This document shows positions 1 through 13,200 of a stretch of DNA of 64,000 bases, in pieces. Position numbers and translations under genes: made by a program. The stretch is from Octopus bimaculoides (lineage: Eukaryota), in contig NC_068982.1 of the NCBI RefSeq assembly GCF_001194135.2, positions 133,463,545 through 133,527,544 on the forward strand, read 5' to 3'. Every line of letters starts with the position of its first letter. Position 1 is the first letter of the stretch. The notes under the pieces are model-generated. The model did not search any database. It was not told the origin of the DNA and saw only the letters and a program-made list of their open reading frames with translations.

Positions 1-32
<32 letters not shown>

Positions 33-67
33 TTTATGTCTGTTTTTCCTAGCTAGGTTGGATTAGA

Positions 68-680
68 TCATCATTTAACATCTGTTTTCCATGCTGACAT
101 GGGTTGTACAGTTTGACAGGAGCTGGCCAGCTGAAGAGCTGCCCAGGCTCTGTGTTTGTTTTGGCATGGTTTCTACAGCTGGATGCCCTTCCTAACACCA
201 TTCACTTTACAGAGTGCACTGGATGCTTTTATACACCACTGACAGGAGTTCTTTTATGTGGCACCCACATGTCCGCAAGGTTAAGAACCTTTTGCTGAAG
301 AATGATGCAGGGGACATGACTGTATACAAGGGCAATCACATATTTACTTAGCTTGACAGGTCTTAAGCACAACAATCTGCTAGAAGTCTCGGTTACCTAT
401 TATCCCCTCTGTGAGGCCCAACACCTGCAGATCCTTTCCACTTCGTCTCCCATCTTCATGGGTCTACCCTATCCACATGTTCCCTCTGCAATTAGAGATC
501 AGCACCTCGACACAACCATCTTCATTCATATCCATGACATGGCCATACCTGCACAGTCTTCTCTCTTGTACACTACATCTGATTTACCATATACCCAGTT
601 TTTCTCTCAAATCACTTAAAGTTTGTTGTATATACATGCTGACATTACCCATCCAGTGGAGCATACTGGCTTCCTTTCCT
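68..680 (-). mobile_element. RTE-like LINE 3' end (ORF2 tail plus UTR with (GAT)n)
   Basis: catcatttaacatctgttttccatg...ggatgcccttcctaac family tail; upstream part homologous to 37068-37390. Confidence 0.7.
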
Positions 681-1239
681 TAGATTTATATGTTATTGAA
701 GCATTGTTTTACAGCTAGATATCCTGTCTGTTGATAATCCTTATGTGTTTTTGAAGTAAAGGGTCACTTACATCATTTGTGTTTAAATGCAAGAAGTGAG
801 CAAATGATTCAATGACAGAAGTGACAATGGTAGCACTACAACTTTGGTAGACGTAAATGTAAACAAGCAAACATGCATGTGCTCACACCCAGATGAGTCT
901 TTTAGTTTTTCTACCAAATCTACACAAAGCTTTGGTAGCCCCAGGGCTATAATAGCAGACACTTACTCAAAGTGCAGTGCAGTAGGTTTTGACTCAAAGC
1001 CACATAGGTTCAAAGTGAAATTCTTTATAATCACACAACCATGCCTTAGGCAAACCATTTTCTTCAAAGCTACTGCATTATCAATTACATGAATAGTCTG
1101 CATCCGAAATGTAATGAGATAATAATTCTGCTAGGTATTACGTGTTGTAACATATTGTTCAGGCAAAATCAAAAGAGCAAGTGAGGAAATGAACATGCAT
1201 GACGAAAATGTTAAAGGGACTTAAAATTTCATTAGGTGC

Positions 1240-1625
1240 AAGATTGGTAAGACGCTTACTACCCAACCACATCATTCCGGGACTAGTCCGACCATGGCAT
1301 CTTGAATAAGTGTCCTCTACTATAGTTTCATGCTGAGTTTATACTATAGTTTCAGCCTTGTGAGTGGATTTGGTTGACGGAAACTGAAAGAAGCCCATCA
1401 CACATATATATATATATATATATATTGTTTGTCCCAAACACTACCACTTGACAATTGGTGTTGGTGTGTTTATGTTCCCATAGCTTAGCAGTTTGGCTAA
1501 AGAGACTGATAGAATAGGTACCAGACTTAAAAAAAAAAAAAAATACTGGGGTTGATTCATTTGATTAAAATCCTTCAAGGGGGTGCCCCAGCATAGCCTC
1601 AGTCTAATGACTGAAACAGGTAAAG
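1240..1625 (+). mobile_element. tRNA-derived CORE-type SINE (head + (TA)n + tail D)
   Basis: Decayed A/B-box head, cttgaataagtgtcctctactatag core, gtgagtggatttggttgacggaaactgaaagaagccc, tail ...aatgactgaaacaggtaaa. Confidence 0.7.
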
Positions 1626-1626
1626 G

Positions 1627-2040
1627 ATCATCATCATCGTTTAACGTCCACTTTCCATGCTAGCATGGGTTGGACGATTTGACTGAGGACTGGTGCAACC
1701 GGATGGCTACACCAGGCTCCAATCTAATTTGGCAGAGTTTCTACAACTGGATGCCCTTCCTAACGCCAACCACTCAGAGAGTGTAGTGGGTGCTTTTACG
1801 TGTCACCCGCACGAAAACGGCCACGCTCGAAATGGTGTCTTTTATGTGCCACCCGCACAAGAGCCAGTCCAGGGGCACTGGCAACGATCTCGCTCGAAAA
1901 CCCTACAAGGCCAGTCAGGCGGTACTGGCAACGGTCACGCTCAGGATGGTACATCTTATGTGCCACCCGCACAAGAGCCAGTCCAGGGTCCCTGGCAACG
2001 ATCTCACTTGGCTTGCTGGGTCTTCTCACTCACAGCACAT
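1627..2040 (-). mobile_element. Young RTE-tail repeat (family A) with internal ~115-bp duplication
   Basis: (CAT)n cgtttaacgtccactttccatgctagcatggg...; near-identical to the reverse complement of 41676-41952. Confidence 0.85.
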
Positions 2041-4860
2041 TTCCAAATATATATATATGTAATTGTGTGTATATGTTTGTGTGTCTTTGTCCTCCCAACT
2101 TTGCTTGACAACTGATGTTGGTGTGTTACATCCCTGTAACTTAGTGGTTCGGCATAAGTGACCGATAGAATAAGTACTAGGCTTAAAAATATAAGTCCTG
2201 GGATTGATTTGCTCGACTAAAGGCTGTGCTCCAGCATGGCTGCAGTCAAATGACTGAAACAAGTAAAAGAGTGAATCAATGTAGAGTCTAGGCCTTAATT
2301 TATTTATAGGTTTCAGTAATATTTATCAGCTGTGCTCAGTTGAGGAGGGTCTCTAATTATTAGTTAAGATCTGGAAAACATTTTAAACGTTCTATTTTGA
2401 CCTATTTGAAGAAATAGACAATATTTACACACATGCACATGGCAGGTTGCTTTAAGTTTCTGTGCAATAGTCTGAAGTCACTTGCCCAAGGTGTCACACA
2501 ATGAGATAAAACTTGAGACCACAAGCAACAGACCAAACTCTCTATGTAGTCATGTCTGTACTACTTAATGCTATCCCACAACATTGATGAGGCCTTACAG
2601 TTAAATTATGTAACTATAAGCATTAATTATATAGTTACTAAAGTGAGATAGTTATTTCATGGCAATGATCAGTTTTCTCTTGAGCCTTAGGTTGAAATAT
2701 ATATTAGCAGTCAGTTCTGTTTTAGGGTTCTCTAAAAAAACTATCATTGAGTTAATGTTAAAAATTAAGATAAAGTTTTTTTTAATGACATTCTATAGGT
2801 GTTAGTTTGATTTGTAGCTGTTTGGCATTTTTAGATATAGATTCAAATGAGAAGCTTTCTCTCTGCTTAATTTATTTCTCTGTTCATATAAATGGCATAC
2901 TATATGATGTGTATGTACAAGCCATGATACTCTTGGGCAGAGAATGCAAAAGATTGGCATATTAGAAAGTGATGATCTGACTATGGCTTACAGAGTGTAG
3001 TTGAAGCAACAAAGGAATTGTTGAGATGATTGATCAGCAAAAGTATTGATTGAGGTTTTGTGCAAAGTCAGTCCTGAATGAGTAAACCAATGATCAATAG
3101 CTTTCCAGTCATGACCATCCTGCCTCTTTTAGAGGCATCTAGGAATATATTATTCAATGGTGTGTTAAGGCTTTTGCTAAGAGTATTAGCAATAAGGCAA
3201 GATGAAATGGCTTCAATTGCATAACAAACTTGGTTTTTCTATAAAAAAAAAAATAATGATGGTAATGGTTTCAAATTTTGGCACAGCAATTTCGGGGGAG
3301 TGGGATAGTTGATTACATTGACTCAAGTACTTGGATGGTACTAATTTTATTGACCCTGAAAAGATGAAAGGCAAAGTGGACCTCTACAGAGTTTGAACTC
3401 TGAATATAAAGACAAACGAAATGCTGAAGACATGATGATGATGATAATAATAATTTAGTCCATGGATTGGGGGAGAGGTGGTGTCCATGTCCTTTGCATG
3501 TCTTCCCAAACTGGTGAGACATGCAACAAATACCTAGCCTGAACATTCTGACCTGAATACTCCAAAAGGCATTTATAGTTTTTTTGTTGTTTTTTTTTTT
3601 AACTCTGTTAGTACTTACCACAATAGTTTTATAAATTTAATTCTTTAAAGACTGTCAGCAGCCTTTGAAAGTTTCTCCACTAAAGATGAAACTCATTTTG
3701 TTATGAGATTAAAAAAGAATAAGTTAAAAATTTTAATTAAAAAAAAAATCTGAATGTCAGTCAATAGACAAAGAAAATATTCTTGTAAAGAATATTCTTG
3801 TCTAGCCTAAATGTGGTGGTCTAATGATCAATCCAGTCGTTTTGTAAAGGTTATGTGACATATTCAAAACAATGATAATTTTGTGATTCTTCGTTTTCCT
3901 TCCTATTGTAATTTCTTTCACATTGCTGCTTGAAATCTTAAACATTCATGAGTTAGCTACTTACATTAATTTTTTGAAGCAGTTTATTTATAGTTGAGTC
4001 CTTTTAATAATATTAATCACCACTTTATTGTACAACAATTGTGGTAACCTTTTAAGGCAGGCCTCTCTGAAGTAACAACAGATGGTCTTAGTTATCACAA
4101 TATGGTACAATACCAGTCACAGTATTTGAACTTGTGACATTTTAAATAAACTTGAATGTTCAGAAACTTTGCTTCACATTGATTTTTCTTTTTCTGTACA
4201 CAAACCCTCTGATTTATTAGTAGGGGAAGAAAAATAAATTTTATGTGCATGCCATTTTTAAGGATACTATCAATACTATCAAAGTGAAGTGTTGACTTGG
4301 TTTTGTTTGAAGCTCATCTGCACTCTATGTAACTGGGGGTCAACTGATAAGGGAACCTGTTTATTGTTGCTCTGTTCCTTAGAAATTGTAAAATCTTCCC
4401 TCAAACCACAACATTATCTAGATCACTTGAATGTTTTTGGTGATAAACCTGTTCTCCTTGAGCGTAACTTGGTGTTATTGCTACTAAAGAAATTACTATT
4501 TAGTGTGGTGCAATTTTACAAATTTATACAACTTGTCTGTATAAAAATGCAAATGTTAAGTCATTAATATTAATTCTGAGCAATTATTACTTTTTACTAC
4601 AGCTAACAGAAGATCATTTTTTTCTTTTAATATCAATAATTGACTGGAATTTTGGATTCTTAACTAGTCTTCAGTTTATATTTAATTTAAAGATTGAATC
4701 TTTGATGCTTTATCTATCACAAAAGGACATTAAAACTATAAAATTAGAAACCCCATGATCTTTGCTTCCTTGGAAAGTTGCTCGCCTGACTTCTCAAAAC
4801 AGTATTTTGAAATATGTATTATAAAATACCTTGTTTTAATGTATTAAATTTAATTTTCAG

Positions 4861-4994
4861 AGGGACGTACTGCTGGAGATATGGTAGCTTGGATTAAAAA
4901 AAAGACTGGTCCTCCTGCTGTTACACTAAATACCGTTAGTGAGGCCAAAACTCTTATTAATAAAGAAGCTGTTGTTGTTGTTGGATTTTTCCAG
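4861..4994 (+). CDS. P4HB: PDI exon (end of a domain / start of b domain)
   Basis: ttttcag|AG GGA CGT...TTC CAG|gtaatg; [44 protein letters not shown]. Confidence 0.95.
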
Positions 4995-7222
4995 GTAATG
5001 TTCACTTTTTACTTTTTCCAGTGTTCTGTTGATTTTATTTGTAAATTTGATGAGAAAGAACTATCCCCTTACCTTTACTAAACCCTCTTTGACTGGAGGT
5101 TAAACCTAATCGAACACATTCCATATGGTCAATGATCAGTTTAACTAATTGCTTTGAAAATGTAAAGTATTGCAAATAAATGCATTTGAAGAATTGGGGT
5201 TATGAAGAGGTTTGTGTTTAGTGGACTAGAGCAGGTTACTGTTTAAGCAGTAAGATGATTGCTAATTGTAATGTTTGTGAAAGAATGTTTCTTTTCAGAA
5301 AAATATTTGGTCATTTCTTTTGCGAGAGCTTTAATCTTAAATATAATTTCATAAAAAAGGTTTTAAGGATTGTTTTCTTACTTGAACTTTGAGAGTATGT
5401 GAATTGTGATAATTATAGTTCAGGAATGATAGGTAAAGAACAAGGCAAGGAAGACTAGCATACATTTGAACCTTTTTTTTATCAGCTGGCTGATAAGATA
5501 TTTTAGATGTTCAAACACTATGCTCATTGTAAAACTTCAGATTATCATACTTCAGTTTAAGTTAAATTGAAATATCATTGACAAACTCTACCTTAGTTTA
5601 TTTCATTGCTAGTAGTTATAAAAAGTATTTCTTGTTAATCCTTTCAACATTTAGAAAAATAATTCTTATCTCAAGGATCTATATATCCAGTACTTAACTC
5701 AGATTTTTGTAGCATTAGTATCTCATCTGGATGCTAAGTCTAATGATTGGCCAACTCCTCAAAGATATGGTATTATCATCATTTGACATTTGCTTTCCAT
5801 TAGATGATTCAAGAGAATTTGATGGATTGGAGAACCACGTCTAGCTTTAATGTCTCAGTTTTGGTTTCAGTGGCTGGATGTCCTTCCTGTTATCATCAAC
5901 CTTATAAAATATTTGGTGCTTTTATTTCATGACACCAGCACTATAAAAGTTGACTTGCCTTTGGTAAGACTGCATTGTCTTTGCTTGATTCACAACCACT
6001 TAACTGTGCTGGGTACTTCTTACTGTGGTGCCAGCAGTAGTGGGGTCACTTTGTAACTTGCAAGGCCTAGCAGATAATAGTGATAACTTTAGGCAAGGTT
6101 TTGAGAGAAGTTAAAGTATGATAGGAAGAACAGATTTATTGTTATATGAAAGTGGTAACAGATAAGACAAAGTAGTGTGAAAGAGAGGACAGTGATAAGG
6201 ATAATAGAGTCCTAAACTCTGCAGATTTAGACTCGTTAGTAGTTCATTATGTTTATACATTCAATGATCTTATTAGAAATGAGAGGTTTGAAGATATTTA
6301 GCAGAATGCTATTAAATATTGTTGGAACAAGTTTAGTTATAGGAATGCTTATAATAATTTAAGGGTGAGCGGTTCCATTTTCAAAATGAAAGGTTGTAAT
6401 ATACAATATTGCAAAATTCTGAACTTGCAACTATCATTCATGGTTTAACATTTAAAACTGGAAAATTCAGTAAATGAATTGAAATGATCAGAAGTAGATT
6501 TAATTTTTTTTCTAATTATCCAGTTTTAATATATATTTTAAGAATAATGAGTTTTACATGTAATATATGACTTTCTTCTATGCAACTCGTTTCAAAATTA
6601 TCTCATCCTGATAATGAGCTGGACATAGTTTCAAATTTAGTTATTTGAATTGGGAATGTTTAGATTTGCTTTATTGTTTAGCTATCTTTCTCCTCTGTAG
6701 ATATATTTTGTGATGCACACAATGTGTAAGTCTACCTTGGACATCTCTCTTACCATTATAAAAACTACTGGACATCCAATATGATGGAATATTTCTGCCA
6801 TTATCATTATAGTTCATTGACTCTAACACAGCATGACTGTAATATATAGTTCCACAAAGAAGAACTGAAATGTGCAGTAACTGTAGGTTACTCACTGGAT
6901 TATTATGTATTATTATTGTGTCAGATGTGATCAATCAAGGCTGATTGGAAGTGTTCAGCAACACCATTTCCTGGTACTGATAACTTAATTTTTAATTAAG
7001 ATGTGCTTATAGGTTATACCAGAGTTGGAACACCTAACTCCAAGAGTGTAATAAGTTAATAATTCAGCCACTGCTAACTGTATCTATATATCCAAATTAT
7101 GATATATTTATGTAAATGATTGCAGTAAACAATGATTCGCCATTGAATTATTTCTTAGTTGATTGTTTCCTTTTGATAACACCATAAATTAGGAAATGCT
7201 TGCCCTTCACCAGCCATCAAGG

Positions 7223-7266
<44 letters not shown>

Positions 7267-10200
7267 CAGACAGACAGGCAGGCAGGCAGACAAGAACTTC
7301 ACATTTGCAAAGTAATTTGCAGTTGCAGGGAAGAGTACCAAAGTAAATGCTGTACTGTAACTAGTTGAATACGTCATTCATGTGGGTTCAAATTGGTTTG
7401 AACCCTACTAGGACCAGTTAAATTGCAATTCAACTTTAGCCCATTACCTATAGAAATTGGTTTTCAGCCTCTTCAGAAAAAATCAGTATGATTTATTTTA
7501 GTTTCCTAATCAAATTCAATTTGAACTGTGATTTACATAGATAAAATATTAGCTAAATTTAAAATGATTAATCGATTAGGTATGTTACATTTCATTCTAT
7601 CTTTCAAACCTGCAAGATATTTGCAGTTGTGAGTTTGTTCTTTCTTGTACAAACCCAATGTAAAATATGAGCAGTAAGTCTTTTGAAAATAAGTAAATAT
7701 GTAATTTTCCTATGTATATTATTAGAATGATTTGCATTGTTTTTTTTTTTCCTTCTAAATTTAAATATTTACCTTAGCATTTTTGGAGCAATTATTTTAA
7801 AGCATGGATGACTTCATAAGGTGGCAAGGTAGAATTGTTAGCTTGTTGGACAAAATGCTTAGTGGATTTCATTTGCCTGTTGCATTCTAAGGTCAAATTC
7901 TGCTGAGATTGACTTTGTTTTTCATCCTTTCAGGGTCGATAAAGTAGTATTTGAGCACTAGATTCAATGAAATTGGATAGCCCACTCCCCCAAATTTCAG
8001 ACATTGTTCCTATAATAGAAAGAGAAAATTGTCTTTAATGTCTACTATTGGATATGGTTCCTTTTAGTGTCTGTTAGATGTAAAACAAGTTGAGTAATAG
8101 ATTTCACTTAGATACACTATAATAACTCTAACAAGGACTGAACTTGTACCATTACTTGTAATTCTCCATTGGCTTTAACTGTGTCATAGCCATACCCTAC
8201 ACCAGTGTCGCATAATCAGCCCATTTAAAAAGTACCTTTGAATTGTCTGGCGACATTCTGTGTTTGAGGAGACCTGTTGAGTCAAGAAAAATCAAACTAA
8301 ATCATAATCAAATGGAATTGTAGTTGTGGCTGATGCCAGGGCTGCCTGACAGGCTCCCGTGCTGGTGGCATGCAATAAGCACCATGCATACATGGGTCAT
8401 TGCCAGTGCTGCCTGACTGGCTCCCGTGCCGGTGGCATGTAAAAAGCAGCCACTACACTCTTGGAGTGGTTAGCATTAGGAAGGGTATCCAGCTGTAGAA
8501 ACACTGCCAGATCAGACTGGAGCTTGGTGCGGCCTCCTGGCTTGCCAGTCTCCAGTCAAACCATCCAACCCATGCCAGCATGGAAAACGGACGTTAAACG
8601 ATGATAATGATGTACTACAAGTCTTGATCTTGTTTCAGTCATTGGACTGCTGCCATACTGGGGTACTATCTTGAAGGGTTGCTTTTGCTTAACTAAGTTA
8701 CAGGGATGTAAGCAAACCAACATAGAATTTTGAGTGGGTCAAGGGAAGAAACAAACTCAATTCAAATGCATACATATACACACGTGTGTGTATTTTAAAA
8801 ATATATTGAATACTTGTAATCACATTAAGATAAGTACTGTGTATTTGTTTGGTTATGGTACTGTTTCAATGTCTATTCTCTAAATTTTAATTGGGTTCCA
8901 TTGCTCCATTATTGAAGAGATTGTTAGTATTTCTGAAATAAATTTTGAAAGGTTACTTACTGTAATTAACTTTAGATTTATTTTAATTTAGTGCTTATTG
9001 ATTTTTCTTAGCAGAAAATATGATTAATGATTGTGTTGTTATAAGAATAATGTGAATTTTGTGAAAATGTTTCAAGGCCAGCTTGCAATGAGTTGGCCAA
9101 CCTTCCGACTAAATGGGCTAAAGCTATATAGACTCTGGAGAAAAGATTTTATTTTTTGTTGAGTAATCACTTGCATTTTCTTCAAATTATTACATAAAAT
9201 TTATCTTGACAGGATGTTGAGTCAGCTGATGCTAAAGCTTTTACTGAAGCAGCTGCAAACATTGATGATGTTTCCTTTGCTATCACTAGCAATTCTGACC
9301 TCTTCAAAGAACACGGACTTGAAAAAGATGCTATTATACTTTTTAAAAAGGTATGGTTGTTAGTTTTTTTTTTTAATCTTTTTTCTTCTTTGTAATGAAA
9401 TTCATTATGAATTGCTATGCAATTTTTGTAGGTCAATTTACAATTTATTGCATTTTGAAAGCTGGTATAATTGTCAGGAATTTAATTTTCATTGAAAAAT
9501 CTAAGAAATTTGATATTTTTATTTCATTATTACAATTCAACTGAATCATTGTGTAAACTCATTTGATTACACACAATGCAGATTTTGCTATTAAATCAGT
9601 GCAAATCTGCTTGATCCACAAGAGTCTAACTTTTTTTTATTTGTATGTTGCATCAGTGGTTTGGTTTTCCTGCTGTGATGATGATTTTATACTTTTATCT
9701 TCAAATACTTTACAAATATCAGTGGAAATCAATACCTAAATTCAGAATCAACAAATCTTTGGATATTTTAGAAATCATTTGATTTAACAGAAATATAGAA
9801 TTGTCTTCAGACATCAGAATAGTTCTAATTCATGATGGTTAAATGCTGCTCCAATTATCCTGAAAATTATTTGATCAGATATACATGAAAGAACTGACTT
9901 GATGAGAATAAACTGACCTGCCCTTAACCATCCTCTCTTCAATTTTTAGTTGCTTGTTATTCCTTAAAATTTATAGAGCAACTGTTACACACCAGCTAAC
10001 ATCATAGATAATTCTTCAATATTTTTTTTTTTAAAGAATCATCTTCATTAAATATTCAACTGTTTTATGCTTGAATAGCATTCCACTTTACTGGGTGTTT
10101 CACTTTAGCTCAAATATCTTTTGATTTTTGTTAGCAAAAATTCCAGTGCAATTTTTAAAATGGTCTTTGTTACAGTGTTGCATTGTACTTTAAATAGTTA

Positions 10201-13200
10201 AAATAATGTATTTCAAGTTTCTGACTACGGTCATATATCACTTTAACAAAAGAAACTATTTTTTGACCATTCCGTTTGAATGTTAATCTATAATGATCTT
10301 ATCCTTTAATTTCTTGTAAGTATATTACATAACTCTAATAAGGCATAACTACAGTGTTTTGGAATGGAGGTGGGGGACAATTTTCGGAAATTCCAACAGT
10401 CCACTTAAATTCTTAACTTCCAGGAAAATGAATATTTTTTCGTGAAATTTTCTACAAATATACCTTGATGTATGTACATTTCAACCATGTAGGAATTTTG
10501 AAGGAAACAACTGCAGGTTATTTTTGAGAAGCGTTCCCCACTCGGTGGTGTTTTGGAGCAAGTCGCCCATATGTTTCATTTTTCTCTATTATGTGCGTAT
10601 GTGCATCCGTAGATTTCTAATGAAGTAATAAGCAGAAAAGAGAAGCCGTCATAAGAAAACTTACGTTAAAAATAACATGCACACAATTTTTTTTTCTCAA
10701 TAGAAGTAAATTCCAAAGTAAATGTTTCTAGTAGAGAAGTAGAAGAGAACAGAAGCAGTGTATTACTTCATTACAAATCTTACTCACAGATGGTTGCCCA
10801 TTTCACTTTTTCTTCCCTCATCATCCATTTAGATCACATGTTTATAAAAGTATAATCGCAAAATACCTTTCAAAGTTGATATCATCTGCAAACACCATAA
10901 AATTCTTGAGACAGAAAGAATGAAGAAATAATCTAGAAAGCCACAATTCTCTCCTTTTTCTAAAATGTCATCTATCATTGGACAGGTCAAGAAATACAAC
11001 GGCTCATTCAAATAATATACCCTGTAAAATTATAAGTTATCTTCACTAGAATTCCATTAACTATTCTTAACCATTTGGTTTTCCAGACATTTTCATATTT
11101 CTAATACCAGCAAAATTACTGACTAACCTACTTAACAAATGTATGAAAGATGAATGATCAACTGGTTTTGTTTCTTGGACAAAATAATATCCTCAGTAAC
11201 ACTTAGTGTGCATTCATGAGTCTGAATCTCTATAGATTATTGAATATAGTCAGTGACCTATGTAATGTGTCCTTTTTCATTGCATTCCTTGATTTCTGAA
11301 AAACTTTTATATCAGTATTCAAAAAGAACTATTGTTTTACTAAGAGATCCGATTTCTGTTTTTGAGTATTTGACTTTATTTGGCATCAAAATAAAATGTC
11401 TTAAATAGGGATCAAAAGACCTCTGGATGTTGATAACTTATGTCAAAGGATGGAACACATAAATACTCAAGATAAAAGCTTCAGCTTTGAATAAATGTGC
11501 ATTTACTCAACAATGAGTTTGAATTTTCCAAATTGGAAACCACTTGTTAATCTTTTATCAGTTGAAAACATGCCAAAGTGATATGTTGGCCTGCCAAAGA
11601 TCTCACTACTCCTTTTGTTACCCATTGTTTACATTCAGTATAGAATATCGAGCAGGCCTACTTCCCATGTGGCAACGGTGTAGGATTATGGTTTTGTTAT
11701 TAATTTTGTTTTTGTAACTCTTTAACAAATTCTATTTTAAGAACTAGGACATGACCATATAAAAGCTGCCAAAGACAAAGCCTCATTGAATTTTCTGTTA
11801 CTCTTAGCCCTATTGTTAATTCCTTTGACATGGTTTCCATACCTCTCGTAAGCATTGATCTAAATTTAGCACCAGACAAACTTTAGGACAAAATGACCAA
11901 TGAAATGCCGTACCTATATTAACAAATGCAAAGTAGTAGACAAATTTAAAGTGCATCTTGTCCAAGCTAACCAGAATTACTTATGGTAAAAGTATGTTTT
12001 CAAGATCTTTGTCTTTCAGTTTAAATCCTCTGTAATTATCCCTCAACAGCATCTTCTTTGCCATTCTAACAGATAGTGATATTCCAGTGATTGAGGATAG
12101 CACCTTCCTGTACTACTTAACTGAATGACTAGCATGTGACTAACAAACTGATGCTTCCAACATCTCAGCAACTATCTCTGATGAGCTTGCTGCTTTCTTT
12201 GCCTTAATTTCTTTAACAGACTTACTAACTGTACTGAAGCTAACTGGTCCCTCTGTTGGTTCCACTTAAGGTAGTCCCTTAATAACTCTTATTTCTCATT
12301 GAATAACTTCACATAGCACAGACGTTCCTCTTTATTTTCACTCACTGAAAATAAGTGCACCAGTGATTGTTTCACAACTTCTCTCCAATAGAATCCTGAA
12401 TCATACAATTGCATTATTTTGTAATTCAGAACACTTCACACTTATCTTTGTAACACATATTACCAAAACATCGTATTTTCAGTTTTCCTCCTTGCTGAAC
12501 TACAGAGCATTTCATGCTTCATCCCTAGCTTCTAGATATCTCTTCATGTTTTCTTCCAAATCTGTCACTTAGCTCTTCTAACCCTAAACACTATACCATC
12601 ATTTTACCATTATTTCACTTGCAACATCACCATGATTCTTGCTCTGTCACAGGTTGTTAGTAATTTCCAGTCATCCTGAAAGTCATCTATTTCTGTCTCC
12701 TCTGTGGTGTATTAGGCATCACATTATTCCTATTGTAAGTTTAGACTAACAAAGATGTTTTTACGTTCTATACCTTCCTTCTCCCTTTCATATTTTTTTC
12801 TGAGTCTCCTTGTTCCAAACCTAAAATCTCTCTACATATCTCCCCATACTAATATGTTCATCCCTAATCATAGAAATATTTAATATTTTACTAAATTCAA
12901 ATGCAATTTGACTCTCATGTCCACTTCATGGGTAGGTGTCTAATAGGCTGGTTTACTGAAATTCTTATTGCAATTATAATTCAGTCATGCATTAAAAAAT
13001 AAATACAAACTCTCTTCCAAGAGTCTCGATCAGTCACTGCACACATTGGTATACGTGTTCCCTGACATCACCATTGAAATTACCTGGCTATGACAGAATT
13101 TTGGAGAACTAATTAGAACCAATTCTTTCTTACTTGCCATCACATTGCCACTTGGTATTTGTTTTGGTTTAATTATTCTTTTGATTATCAATTGTCTTAT

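Noticed and set aside
1693-2115. 140-aa ORF with apparent paralogues at 40359, 41660 and 57656 ([17 protein letters not shown])
   Set aside because: Antisense reading of the high-copy RTE-tail repeat, not a gene family.
1-4860. Search for PDI exons 1-2 (signal peptide, first WCGHC)
   Set aside because: No matching coding segment found; they must lie upstream of the window.
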